64,000 nucleotides of DNA. Source: an uncultured Alphaproteobacteria bacterium (GTDB taxonomy: Bacteria; Pseudomonadota; Alphaproteobacteria; Rhizobiales; Xanthobacteraceae). Positions 38,819 through 48,440 of the stretch are shown here, piece after piece; the stretch's first letter is position 1; each line of letters starts with the position of its first letter. Position numbers and translations under genes: made by a program. The DNA is taken from NCBI GenBank assembly GCA_963817015.1, contig CAWFMV010000006.1, positions 10,509-74,508 on the forward strand. Direction: 5' to 3'. The notes below the pieces were generated by a model. The model was not told where the DNA came from. It searched no databases and saw nothing but the letters and a program-made list of their open reading frames with translations.

Positions 38819-40105
38819 TCAGCTGCGATCGCCGGCGAGCGCGCCTGGGCGCAGCAGCAGGAAGGCAGCGAGCGCGAGCAGCATCAGCACGGCGATCAGC
38901 GTGAACGCCGTGGCCCATGCCGACACCGACATGCCCCCTTGCCAGTCGAGCACAAAGCCGACCGCGAGCGGACCGACGAAGCCGCCGACATATCCGAGCA
39001 TCGAGTGCACGGCGAGCGTCGCGCCGCGGCGCGAAGGCTCCGCAGTACCCGCTGTGCCCGCGGTCAGCGAGGATGAATCGAGCCAGACGATTGGCCCGTA
39101 CAGCACCATCAAGCCGAACGCCAACGGGTAGGAGCGCGGGCCGACAAATCCAAGTACGAGCGCGCAGGCCGCGGAGGCGAGCATCGCCAGCGTGATCAGC
39201 CTGCGCCGGCCGATCAAAATCGCGGCTTCATTACCGAGCACGCTCGCCAGCGTCCCGAGCAGCCCGAGCAGCGTCAACGCCATGGTCGGCGACATGATGG
39301 TAGCGGACGCGCTGCTCTGCATCGCGACGAAGCCGAGGAACGCAACGCCCCAGCCGCGCAACGCGCTCATTTCCAAGGTGTGGATGCAATAGGCGACCGC
39401 GTAGGCCATCGCCGAGCGATTGCGCAGCACCGGCCGGAAATCGAACAGCGCCTGCTCGCCCGCACGCGGCGGAGCACCTTCGCTCGGCACCCGGAGTGCC
39501 ACCAGCAGGAAGGCCAGCATGGCGCAGACGCCCGAGGTCAGGAAGGCGGCAGGCCAGCCGGCGAGATCGGCCAGGAACGCCGCGTACGCAAAGGAGACCG
39601 CACCCGAAATCCCGATCGACGCCGCATGTCCGGCTGCGGCGCGCGACATCAGCTTGGCGTCGACCTTGTCGGCGAGGAGCTTGAGGCCGGTCATGTAGGT
39701 CCCGGCCCAGCCGATGCCGGCAAGCGCACGCGCTGCGAGCGCGACCCACAATCCATCGGCCAGAAGCGCAAACAGCACATGAGCGAGCGCGGTCGCGGCT
39801 ACGCCGAACAGATAGACCCGCTTGGCATCGATACGGTCGGTCAGTGTGACGAGCACGGGCACCGCAACGATATAGGCGCCATAGAAGATGCCGGTGATCC
39901 AGCCGGCCTCGCCATAAGTCAGCGACCACCGCTGCACCAGATCAGGCAGCAGAGCCGGCCAGACGAAAGCGCCGATCTGAATGAGAACCTGCGCGGCGCA
40001 GATCAGCAGCACCAGCTTGAGAGCCGATAGACGTCCCACAACTTCCACCTCTATCGCGCCTGGCCCAAGACGGGACAAGGTGTGCGATAGTAGCGGTTGC
40101 TGCAA
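38819..40105 (-). CDS. MFS transporter
   Basis: 428 aa, 12 hydrophobic segments, LTDRIDAKRV loop-2/3 motif. Confidence 0.85.
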   Translation of the reverse strand: MQQPLLSHTLSRLGPGAIEVEVVGRLSALKLVLLICAAQVLIQIGAFVWPALLPDLVQRWSLTYGEAGWITGIFYGAYIVAVPVLVTLTDRIDAKRVYLFGVAATALAHVLFALLADGLWVALAARALAGIGWAGTYMTGLKLLADKVDAKLMSRAAAGHAASIGISGAVSFAYAAFLADLAGWPAAFLTSGVCAMLAFLLVALRVPSEGAPPRAGEQALFDFRPVLRNRSAMAYAVAYCIHTLEMSALRGWGVAFLGFVAMQSSASATIMSPTMALTLLGLLGTLASVLGNEAAILIGRRRLITLAMLASAACALVLGFVGPRSYPLAFGLMVLYGPIVWLDSSSLTAGTAGTAEPSRRGATLAVHSMLGYVGGFVGPLAVGFVLDWQGGMSVSAWATAFTLIAVLMLLALAAFLLLRPGALAGDRS

Positions 40106-40587
40106 CCGGCGCGCTACGTCTGTGCGTACATCAGGTGCGCCGCGCTGGCGCGCTGCCCAAGAAAACGCGAACGCCCACCTTGTGGCAATGTCGCGCTATC
40201 CCAGAGTGCATTAGAGCTCAGCAGGAGACCCCTCTCCGGCTGAGTCCCTTTCGATTTCAAACTTCGGATTGTTCGTGCGGCTCACCGAACTGCATGATGA
40301 CCGCTGCAGCACACGCACTCACTGATACCACCAGCGTCAATGAGAAAATGACAGCCCACATGTGCCTACGTCCCCCTTCAATGCAACGGTCAAGATAATT
40401 TTTCTCCATGTTGTTCAAAATTTGTCACTGCCGGTGGCCAAATGTGGGACGCAAAGAGAGTGCATTGAAATCTTTGTGATAATGGCCGCCGGACACCGGC
40501 GACGCGTTAACGTGACCTTATGAATTTGCCACTTGCGCGCGTTTGCAGCGGCCGACATTCACATCAGCCGCCGCGTTACTACGGTAT

Positions 40588-41427
40588 CTACTTAAAGTAC
40601 CGCAGATCGGGCGGCGCCTGATCTTTCTTCGCTGGCATCAGCAGACCGTCGGCGCTCAAGAAATAGTTCTCCTCGCCAATGACGATCTGATTGTTGCCCT
40701 CGGTGCAGAAGAACTGGCCCCAATGCGGATGGCGCTCCGCGCTGCGCTTGAAGGTCTTGTCGACAGTCCATGGCCGCGTCAGCGCGTGATCGTAGACGGT
40801 GATCACATCGTGCAGCAGGTTCGGATCATTCTTGTCGAGGAAGAACCGCTCCTTGAACACCGATTCATTGTCGAAGTGCAGCGGCAGCCCCGACGCATCA
40901 TAGGCACGCGGGCCCTTGAAGTTGCGGGTCTCGACCTCGAGCACGTCATAGACGCCGTCGCCGTCCTCATCGAGCCATTTGCCGATGGAAAAGCCCTGAA
41001 AGGTCGGCAATGCATCGCTCGGCCAGTCGCGTCCATCCGTGAAGACGCGCCGCATCTCGGTGCCGGCGATGACGTAGGTCGTCTCCGGCGTCACGATATA
41101 TTCCTGCACCGGCGAAGCCATCATGCGCGGCATGCCGCCCGGCAGGCAGCGCGCGGTCGGATAGTTGCCGATGCCACCGCGGGCCTGATCGGCCATGCTG
41201 GCTTCGAGAACCTTTTGATATTCCGGCGTCAGCGGCGCCTGCTGCGCCGGTCCCCAAGGCTTGGTCGGATCGAACTTGATCACCTGTCCGCCAAGCCGCG
41301 GGTTGATCGTGATCCACTGACCTTTCCAGTCCGGGTATTTCGGCTCATCGGCGACTGCCCTGCCGCCAATAATCATCACCAGTGTGATCGCGAGAGCAAG
41401 CGCGCGCAATGTGCCTTGCCGCACCAT
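40588..41427 (-). CDS. conserved hypothetical periplasmic protein
   Basis: GGGAGG SD and ATG at 41427 (MVRQGTLRALALAITLVMIIGG signal/anchor). 279 aa, no recognisable domain. Confidence 0.7.
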   Translation of the reverse strand: MVRQGTLRALALAITLVMIIGGRAVADEPKYPDWKGQWITINPRLGGQVIKFDPTKPWGPAQQAPLTPEYQKVLEASMADQARGGIGNYPTARCLPGGMPRMMASPVQEYIVTPETTYVIAGTEMRRVFTDGRDWPSDALPTFQGFSIGKWLDEDGDGVYDVLEVETRNFKGPRAYDASGLPLHFDNESVFKERFFLDKNDPNLLHDVITVYDHALTRPWTVDKTFKRSAERHPHWGQFFCTEGNNQIVIGEENYFLSADGLLMPAKKDQAPPDLRYFK

Positions 41428-41604
41428 GGTCGACCTCCCTGTGTATTGTCGGCCCGCTTTTTGTTCGCGATGCTTTTGCGGGTTCACGAAGCATACAACG
41501 TCGCGCCTCGCTCGTGAAACGGAAAAGCATCACGAACGAGACGAGACGGATCTGGCGACACCGCGCCGGAGTAGCGGCTTCCCGGCGCGCGACACTTCAA
41601 GTGT

Positions 41605-42024
41605 TCAATGGTGAGCCGAGACTCGCTTGACGCATTCGGACACCATTTCTCTCGGCGCCGAATGGCTGATATCGCCGAGCGATAGGATGCCGACCAACCG
41701 CTTGCTCTTGCTGATCACCGGCAGCCGGCGAACTTTCAGCTTCTCCATATGTTGCACGGCCTTGGCGAGATCATCGTCCTCGGAGCAGCAATGGATGCCT
41801 TCGCTCATGACATCGCGTGCCGTCGCGCGGCGAGGATCGACGCCGTCCTTCGCCAGGCCATTGCAGACAATGTCGCGGTCGGTCACCATGCCGACGAGCT
41901 TGTCGTCCTCTCCGATGGGAACGGCGCCAATGTCATGCTGGCGCATGAGCTTCGCGATCTCGGTGAGCGGCGTATCCGGACCGACCCACTCGACGCCCTT
42001 GTGCATGACTTCTTTGACTTTCAT
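41605..42024 (-). CDS. CBS-domain pair protein
   Basis: 139 aa with two CBS repeats (VKEVMHKGVEWV...VGMVTDRDI; ARDVMSEGIHCC...VGILSLGDI). Confidence 0.9.
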   Translation of the reverse strand: MKVKEVMHKGVEWVGPDTPLTEIAKLMRQHDIGAVPIGEDDKLVGMVTDRDIVCNGLAKDGVDPRRATARDVMSEGIHCCSEDDDLAKAVQHMEKLKVRRLPVISKSKRLVGILSLGDISHSAPREMVSECVKRVSAHH

Positions 42025-42334
42025 GGCGGACCTCCTTTGCTGGGTGCAGCAATGCCTCAGCCCGGTCCCAACCCTGCGCTCGAAGTATATCTCAGATTAG
42101 GCTCGGCGATAGCCGGATAGCATTGCGTTTCCGCGCCTAACGGCAATTCGCGAGGCCGAACGGAGTTCCATGTTCCGTCAGCGCGACGGCAGATTATCTT
42201 TGGTATAGAGACGGCCTCATTCGCAAGATAAGCGCCGCACCAAGCGCCCGCCGTCTCAGACGGGCGGCTCGATGCGGCTTATGCCGAATGCTTGGAAAAT
42301 CATCCATCCGTATCGGCAGAGGGATGGAGCCTGG

Positions 42335-42850
42335 TCAGAACGGCACTCTTCCGGCGAGACATGCCCGGATGAAGGCCTCATGCGAGCGCATGCCAGCCGT
42401 ATGTCCGGAACCGCGCCGCTCGGCAAGCGCATGACAGGTATCGTAGCTGGCCGCTTGTGCAAACGGCCCCGGACCCGGCGCGCTCGCCACCGGCGCCTGG
42501 AACGGGACTCGTCCCGCCATACAGGACGTGATGAACAACTCGTGCGCCCGGCGTCCCGCCTCGTGCCCCGATCCACGCTGCTCCGCGAGCGCGTGGCAGC
42601 TATCGTAGTTGGCAAGCCCCTGATACGGGCCAGTCCCGGCCGCTTGCGACGTTACCCCTCTTATCGGCACCTTGCCGGCCAGGCAGGATCTGATGAACGC
42701 CTCGTGCGTCCGCATTCCTGCCGTATGGCCTGAGCCCCTCTGCTGCGCCAGCGCGTGGCAGGTCTCATAGTTTGGTGTCTGAGCTGACACAGGAACAACA
42801 CTGAGAGCCACGGCGGTTGCGCTCAAGCAAGCAAGCATGACATTCCGCAT
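42335..42850 (-). CDS. exported protein with three tandem PsiF-like Cys-bounded repeats
   Basis: AAGGAGG SD, signal MRNVMLACLSATAVALSVVPVSAQ, then 3x Y[ED][TS]CHALA[QE][QR]RGSGH.AG.R.HE.FI..C.AG+VP. Confidence 0.7.
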   Translation of the reverse strand: MRNVMLACLSATAVALSVVPVSAQTPNYETCHALAQQRGSGHTAGMRTHEAFIRSCLAGKVPIRGVTSQAAGTGPYQGLANYDSCHALAEQRGSGHEAGRRAHELFITSCMAGRVPFQAPVASAPGPGPFAQAASYDTCHALAERRGSGHTAGMRSHEAFIRACLAGRVPF

Positions 42851-43043
42851 TGACGTACCTCCTTGTATGTGTTTCCCCGTTGCATCTACCCATTTTGGCA
42901 ATGTGCAACACTCGCCGATATCTGCTTTGATGCAGATCAACGGTAAGTCGTGCGGGCGCCAGCGCCGGCCGCGCGCAGCTATGGGTGAGCGTGTGCGATC
43001 GCGCGCATGAACCGATGCGACCAATAGCGGATGAGATTTCAGA

Positions 43044-43075
43044 AGAGGCATCCGCGCTTCCGCGGCAATGCCTCT
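43044..43075 (-). terminator. putative Rho-independent terminator of the binding-protein gene
   Basis: agaggcatccgcg-cttc-cgcgg(ca)atgcctct hairpin 13 nt after the stop at 43088. On the minus strand it is followed by cttctgaaatctc. Confidence 0.5.
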
Positions 43076-43087
43076 CACCTCAGGCGA

Positions 43088-44040
43088 TCACCGCACCGGC
43101 AGATATTCTTCGGTATAGAACGCCTTCACATCGGCGCTCTTGAGCGCACCCATCTCCACGAGTGAATCGACCAGAACGCGCAGGCCTTCCTGGTCGAAGC
43201 GGCCGTTGCGTGGAATAATTGTCGATCAGCTCGTCATAGACCTTGCCGGCCACGACGGCGGAGACATCCATCTGCCGCGCCGCGATCGGAATGGTCGCAG
43301 CCTTGTCGGCATGCATGAACGCGACCGTCTCGTACCAGCCCGATAGAAATGCACGCACCGCCTGCGGCCGCTTGGCGATCACGTCGTTGCCGGCATAGAC
43401 CGCCTGCGCGATCATCTTCGGCACATAGTCGGAGACCTTCAGGAAAATGCGGCCCACGCCAAGCTCCTCAAGCCGCAGCCCGGAGGCGAAGTCCATCACG
43501 GTCGCGTCGATCTGGCCGGCGCGGAGGGACGCGACCTGCGCCTCGTCACGGCCAAGCGCGACCGCGGTGATGCCTTGCTGGCCCAGACCGAGCTTGCGCG
43601 AGAGCTGCCGCACCACCCATTCGGACAGGCCGCCCGCGGTCGAAATGCCGACGCGCTTGTCCTTGAGCTCGGCCGCCGTCTTCATCGGATTGTCGTTGCG
43701 CACGATCAGCGTGGTCTGGCGCGGCGCGACCGTAATGACGCCGACGGCGCGCGCATGCTGGCCCTTGGCGACGAGCGAGAGATCGGGCCCACCGGCGACG
43801 ACGATATCGAGGCTGTTGGCCGCCAGCGCCTGATGCGCGCGCGCCGCGCCGCCGAGGTCGGAGCGCTTGATGACGAGGTCGTGCTTCGCAAAGATCCCGC
43901 GATCAATCCCGACCTGCAGCGGCACGAAGGCGACCGCGGCCGGGATCGACACGCCGACGCGCAGCTCCTCGGCGGCGGAGGCGGGGGCCGAAACGAGATA
44001 TGCCAGGGCAGCCAGCGCGATAGCGGCGACCGGAAATCCC
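43088..44040 (-). pseudogene. NMT1/THI5-like (nitrate/sulfonate/bicarbonate-type) ABC substrate-binding protein, one frame break near 43190
   Basis: Signal AAIALAALAYLVSAPASA, then LRVGVSIPAAVAFVPLQVGIDRGIFAKHDL... The C-terminus is restored by removing one base (acg[c]aac), giving ...NGRFDQEGLRVLVDSLVEMGALKSADVKAFYTEEYLPVR*. The start codon is not identified. Confidence 0.72.
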
Positions 44041-44143
44041 TTCCTGTCGTCCCCGCGCTCCTTTCTGTCGTCCCCCCAAAAGCGGGAACCCAGTGTGCTC
44101 AAGTGTCCTTGGCACGGTCCTTGGCACGAACCTCGCCGATGTC

Positions 44144-44245
44144 GTCCCCGCGCAGGCGGGGACCCATAACCACCAAGGTTTCGGTCGTCGCTGGCCCTGC
44201 TACATCGCCTTGCTGCGGTGTATGGGTCCCCGCCTGCGCGGGGAC
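44144..44245. repeat. REP-like hairpin pair (gtccccgcgcaggcggggac ... gtccccgcctgcgcggggac)
   Basis: Perfect 8-bp stems at 44144-44163 and 44226-44245. Same motif as 11186-11205. An adjacent ~21-bp direct duplication (tgtcgtcccc twice) lies at 44045-44078. Confidence 0.7.
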
Positions 44246-44306
44246 GACACGGAGTGTTTGGCTCGCGTAAGGCCTGCAATTTCAAATTCCCTCTCATTCT
44301 TCACAC

Positions 44307-45691
44307 TCACTTTGCCGGGACGCTCTCGCGCTCCGGCTGCGCCAGCGTCCCTCCCCGCACATAGCGGCTCACCGGCCGTTTCAAACCGAGATGCTCCCGC
44401 AAGGTACGGCCCTCATACTCGCTGCGGAACAGGCCGCGGCGTCGCAGCTCCGGCACCACCAGCTCGACAAAGTCGTCGAGCCCGCCCGGCAGGATACGGC
44501 GGCATGATGTTGAAGCCGTCGCAGCCGTCCTTGCCGAACCATTCCTCCATGTGATCGGCGATCTGCTGCGGCGTGCCGCGGATGACGCTCTTCGCCCGCG
44601 CGCCCGCGACCCGCATCGCCACCTGCCGCATCGACAGCTTCTCCTTGCGCGCCATGTCGCGCACGTTCTCGAAGGTCGAGCGGCTCGCATTCGACATCGG
44701 CAGGTCCTCCGGCAGCGGGCCGTCGAAGTCGTAGCGCGTGAGGTCGATGTTGCCGAGCACCATGGAGAGGATCTCGCGCGCCACCATCGGATGGATCAGC
44801 GACTGCAGGTATTCGTACTTTTCGTTCGCCTCCGCCTCGCTGCGGCCCACGATGGCGCTCAGGCCGGGCATGATCTTCATCTCCTCGGGCGCGCGGCCGT
44901 GCTTGTCCATCTCGCCCTTGATGCGGGTATAGAACGTCTGTGCCTGCTCGATGGTGAGCGGCGCGCAGAAGATCACTTCGCCGAATTCAGCCGCGACCGC
45001 GATCATGTCGTCAGAGCCGCCCGCCTGCACGATCACCGGGCGGCCTTGCGGCGTGCGCGGCACGTTGAGCGGGCCGCGCACGGAGAAGAGCTCGCCCTTG
45101 TGGTTGAGGCGATGCAGCTTGTCGCGGATGGAAGAACTGCCCGCTCGCCTTGTCGCGCACGAACGCATCGTCATCCCAGCTGTCCCACAGCCCGACCACG
45201 ACCTGCGCGAACTCGCGCGCCCGGTGGTAGCGCTCGCCGTGCTCGTAGTGCACGTCGCGGCTGAAGTTGTTGGCCTCGCCCAGCATGCCGGAGGTGACGA
45301 GGTTCCAGCCGGCGCGGCCGCCGCTCAGGTGATCGATCGAGGCGAACTTGCGCGCCACATGGAACGGCTCGTTGTAGCTCGTCGAGGCGGTCGCCACGAG
45401 CCCGATGTGGCTGGTCACCGACGACAGCGCCGCGAGCAGCGTGAGCGGCTCGAAATTGGCGATGTACTGCGCCGAGCGCGAGAGCGCCTCCATGTTGGCT
45501 TCGCGGACGCAGAGATTGTCGGCGAAGAACACCATGTCGAACTTGGCGCGCTCGGCGGTCTGCGTGATCTCGGCGTAGTGCTTGAAATTGATGCCGGCGT
45601 CGGCCTGCGCCTGCGGGTGCCGCCACGAGGCGACGTGATGCCCGGTCGGATTGAAGAACGCGCCGAGCCGCATCTGACCTTTAGTGCCCAT
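44307..45691 (-). pseudogene. LLM-class flavin-dependent monooxygenase (NtaA/SnaA/DszA family), 2 frame breaks
   Basis: MGTKGQMRLGAFFNPTGHHVASWRHP..., SIDHLSGGRAGWNLVTS, RPVIVQAGGSD. Breaks resolved as ccg[c]gac (~45135) and ccg[t]atc (~44493). Confidence 0.88.
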
Positions 45692-45869
45692 TCGCTCCGC
45701 CACTTGCTGCTCCGGGTATGCCCCGGTCCAATTGGCACGACTATAACACCCTCTCAGCCCTCTCGCCTGCCCGCGGCGCTCTGCCATGGTCAACCGGCGC
45801 GGGAAATAGTCTACAGTGCGTACAAGCGTGCCGCGCATGGCACGCCGCAACCAATCCAGGGAGGCTTTG

Positions 45870-46889
45870 ATGGACCAAGACCGCCGGGAATTCCTCAAGA
45901 CCACGAGCCTGGCTGGCGCCGCCGCCGCCATGACCGGCGCGGCCACGCTGACTGTCACGCCCGCGCAGGCGCAGACCCAGATGCCGACGCAGGCGATGGC
46001 GCGCGGGCTGACGCTTGCAACGCTGCGGCGCGCGGATGGCGGCTACGGGCTCGGGCTGCGGACCGAACGCGGCATTCTCGACGTGATCGCCGCGGAGGCC
46101 GACTTCCACGAGAACGCTCCGACCACGATCACGCAGGTGCTCAACCGCGAAGGCGACGCCAGCGGGCTGCGCCGGCTTGCTGCCAAGGCAAGCGCCCAGG
46201 CGGCGCGCTATTTCGTGGCCGAGGACAAGGCCCAGTTCGGGCCCTGCGTCACCCATCCGGAGAAGATCGTCTGCGTCGGCCTCAACTACCGCAAGCATGC
46301 GGCCGAGACCGGCAATCCCGTACCCAAAATGCCGATCCTGTTCAACAAGTTCAACAGCGCACTCAACCATCACGGCGGCAGCATCGCGGTGTCGAAGGAG
46401 AAGGCCACGAATTTCGACTACGAGGCCGAGCTCGTGATCGTGATCGGTCGCACCGCGCGCAATGTCAGCGAGGCCGACGCCGCGCAATACATCTTCGGCT
46501 TCTGCACCGGCAACGACTTCACGGCACGCGACCTGCAGTCGCGCTCGAGCCAGTGGATGCTCGGCAAGGCGCTCGACGGCTCCGGCGTGATCGGTCCCTG
46601 GCTGATCACCTCAGACCTCGTCGATGGCGACAATCTCGGGATCTCGCTCACCGTCAACGGCCAGAAGCGCCAGTCGTCGAACACCTCCGACATGGTGTTC
46701 AACACCAAGCAGCTGGTGAGCTACATCTCCGACTACATGACGCTCAAGCCCGGCGACCTCATCTTTACCGGCACGCCGGAAGGCGTGATCTCGGGCTATC
46801 CGAAGGACAAGCAGGTCTGGCTCAAGGCCGGCGACAAGCTCGTCACCTCGATCGACAAGCTCGGCGACCAGACCCTGACGCTGACGTGA
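45870..46889 (+). CDS. fumarylacetoacetate hydrolase (FAH) family protein with Tat signal
   Basis: GGGAGG SD. MDQDRREFLKTTSLAGAAAAMTGAATLTVTPAQA matches the Tat consensus (RRxFLK). FAH core: KIVCVGLNYRKHA, FDYEAELVIVIG, GDLIFTGTPEGV. Confidence 0.88.
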   Translation: MDQDRREFLKTTSLAGAAAAMTGAATLTVTPAQAQTQMPTQAMARGLTLATLRRADGGYGLGLRTERGILDVIAAEADFHENAPTTITQVLNREGDASGLRRLAAKASAQAARYFVAEDKAQFGPCVTHPEKIVCVGLNYRKHAAETGNPVPKMPILFNKFNSALNHHGGSIAVSKEKATNFDYEAELVIVIGRTARNVSEADAAQYIFGFCTGNDFTARDLQSRSSQWMLGKALDGSGVIGPWLITSDLVDGDNLGISLTVNGQKRQSSNTSDMVFNTKQLVSYISDYMTLKPGDLIFTGTPEGVISGYPKDKQVWLKAGDKLVTSIDKLGDQTLTLT

Positions 46890-46913
46890 GCGCAGTGCCT
46901 TGACGTAAGCGAC

Positions 46914-46941
46914 GGCCCTCCCGCACGGGAGGGCCGATTTT
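46914..46941 (+). terminator. Rho-independent terminator after the FAH gene
   Basis: ggccctccc-gcac-gggagggcc followed by gatttt. Confidence 0.75.
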
Positions 46942-47001
46942 CAATACACGCTTCGATACCGCGCCCGGACGAGCAGGCAATCGTTCAAGGGAGAAGAAAC
47001 A

Positions 47002-47949
47002 ATGTCCTTGCTGATCCGGCGCCGGCTGTTCGTGGCAGGTGGGCTCGCCTCGTTTGCGCTCATTCGCCGCGCCAGCGCAGCGCCGCCCGCGACGATCGCT
47101 GACGGGAGCGTCATCGGCCGCGGCAAGATGCTGGTCGTGCAGGAGGATGCTTTCGGCCGCATCCTGGCGTTCGACTCGTCAACCTATATCGAGGGCAACG
47201 CCACCACCGTGAGCGACGTGATCGTGATCGGCTCCTATTGCGGCACGCGCGTGCTCGCCCCGATCTTCACGCGCGGCGCGAAGGCGGTGATCGCGACCGA
47301 CGCCGGCATCGGCAAGGATGAGGCCGGCGTCAGCGGGCTCAAGCATGGCGAGACGATCGGCGTGCCGGTCGCCGCCATCGCGGTGCTGTCGGCGGAAACC
47401 TCCAACGGCCGCTCGACGCTGCTGGGCGAGATCAGCCGTGCGAACGCGCAGGCGCGCGCGCTCGGCGTTGCGCCCGGCATGCCGGCCTACGAAGCTGCTG
47501 CGCTGCTTGCCAAGGCGCCCGCCGGCAAGCCGATCCCGACCTCACCCGGCGAGGAGGAGAAGGCGGTGGTGGTCGAGCAGACACCCAAGGGCCGCATCTG
47601 GGCGGCGCCCGGCACCACGGCGATCACCGAGAAAATCCCGAACGACATCGTCTGCAGCGGCGCCAATTCGAGCCGCGTCTCCTCGGACGGCGTGCTCCGC
47701 ATGGGCGCCAAGGGCTCGATCGCCAACGACGCGGGCATTGCCAAGAACAACTCCGCGGTCGAGGGCGTCATGATTCTGGGCGAGCGCGGCATTCCCTCCG
47801 CCGCCGTCTCGACGCTCACGGCGCGGCTTGGTGAAGGCTTGAGCACCTGGAACGACGGCATCATCTCGGTGGTCAATCAGGTCGCCGCCGCTCGCGGTGT
47901 CAAGGTCGGCATGAGCGCGAAAGAGGCAGCGCGCCTGATGCTGGGGTGA
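47002..47949 (+). CDS. hypothetical exported protein with internal domain duplication
   Basis: Tat-like MSLLIRRRLFVAGGLASFALIRRASA. Two homologous halves (...AVIATDAGIGKDEAGVSGL...GVPVAAIAV... versus ...GSIANDAGIAKNNSAVEGV...GIPSAAVST...). Confidence 0.7.
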   Translation: MSLLIRRRLFVAGGLASFALIRRASAAPPATIADGSVIGRGKMLVVQEDAFGRILAFDSSTYIEGNATTVSDVIVIGSYCGTRVLAPIFTRGAKAVIATDAGIGKDEAGVSGLKHGETIGVPVAAIAVLSAETSNGRSTLLGEISRANAQARALGVAPGMPAYEAAALLAKAPAGKPIPTSPGEEEKAVVVEQTPKGRIWAAPGTTAITEKIPNDIVCSGANSSRVSSDGVLRMGAKGSIANDAGIAKNNSAVEGVMILGERGIPSAAVSTLTARLGEGLSTWNDGIISVVNQVAAARGVKVGMSAKEAARLMLG

Positions 47950-47955
47950 GCGGCC

Positions 47956-48333
47956 ATGCAGCTCAAGAAAGTTGCCTTCACCATGTATCCGGTGACCGAT
48001 GTGGCGCGGGCGCGGGACTTCTACGAGAACAAGCTCGGGCTCACCATCGGAAGCAATGGCAATCGCGGCGACCGCTGGTGGATCGAGTATGACCTGCCGG
48101 GCGGCGGCTGCCTGGCGATCACCAACTTCACCGGCGAGCAGCCGAGCGCCGCAGCCGGCGGAACGATCGCCTTCGAGGTCGAGGATCTCGATGCTCTGGT
48201 CGCGGATCTCAAGTCAAAGGACGTCGCCTTCAAGAGCGGCATCATCGAGAGCCCGGTGTGCCGCATGTCGGTTTGCGTCGACAGCGAAGGCAACTCGATC
48301 CTGTTGCATCAGCTCAAGCCGAAGCCGGCGTAG
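47956..48333 (+). CDS. VOC/glyoxalase-family protein
   Basis: 125 aa. VTDVARARDFYENKLGL and the EVEDLDALVADLKSKDV...D.EGN pattern. 6-nt gap from the upstream gene. Confidence 0.85.
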   Translation: MQLKKVAFTMYPVTDVARARDFYENKLGLTIGSNGNRGDRWWIEYDLPGGGCLAITNFTGEQPSAAAGGTIAFEVEDLDALVADLKSKDVAFKSGIIESPVCRMSVCVDSEGNSILLHQLKPKPA

Positions 48334-48383
48334 GCGAAACCCATCACGTGCGGCGCGCCCAGCGACAAAGCCGATCGCACGCC

Positions 48384-48406
48384 GCCCGGGCCGCATGGGC
48401 CCGGGC
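48384..48406. terminator. GC-rich hairpin between convergent genes (possible bidirectional terminator)
   Basis: gcccgggcc-gcatg-ggcccgggc. No clear U-tract. Confidence 0.4.
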
Positions 48407-48440
48407 CAGCGCCGCTTAGGCGAACGAGACGCTCAACGGA

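Noticed and set aside
42178-42241. About 64-bp stretch resembling the 3' end of the binding-protein gene at 43088-43150 (tcagcgcgacggcagattatctttggtatagag versus tcaccgcaccggcagatattcttcggtatagaa), a possible relic of a paralog
   Set aside because: Only about 75% identity over about 30 nt, found post hoc. The open frame covers about 10 codons. This is too weak without a statistical alignment.
44040-44260. CRISPR-like appearance of repeated GC hairpins (also 11150-11205 and 27156-27376)
   Set aside because: The repeats are palindromic REP units, not regularly spaced direct repeats with unique spacers, and there are no cas genes in the window.
44951-46903. 650-aa plus-strand ORF, together with similar long shadow ORFs (25592..27211, 33017..34468, 31335..32537, 37782..38918, 5432..6586, 15352..16383, 17608..18807)
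   Set aside because: Each overlaps, on the opposite strand or in another frame, a gene with clear family motifs. The translations are Arg/Pro/Ala/Gly-rich without recognisable domains or SDs.
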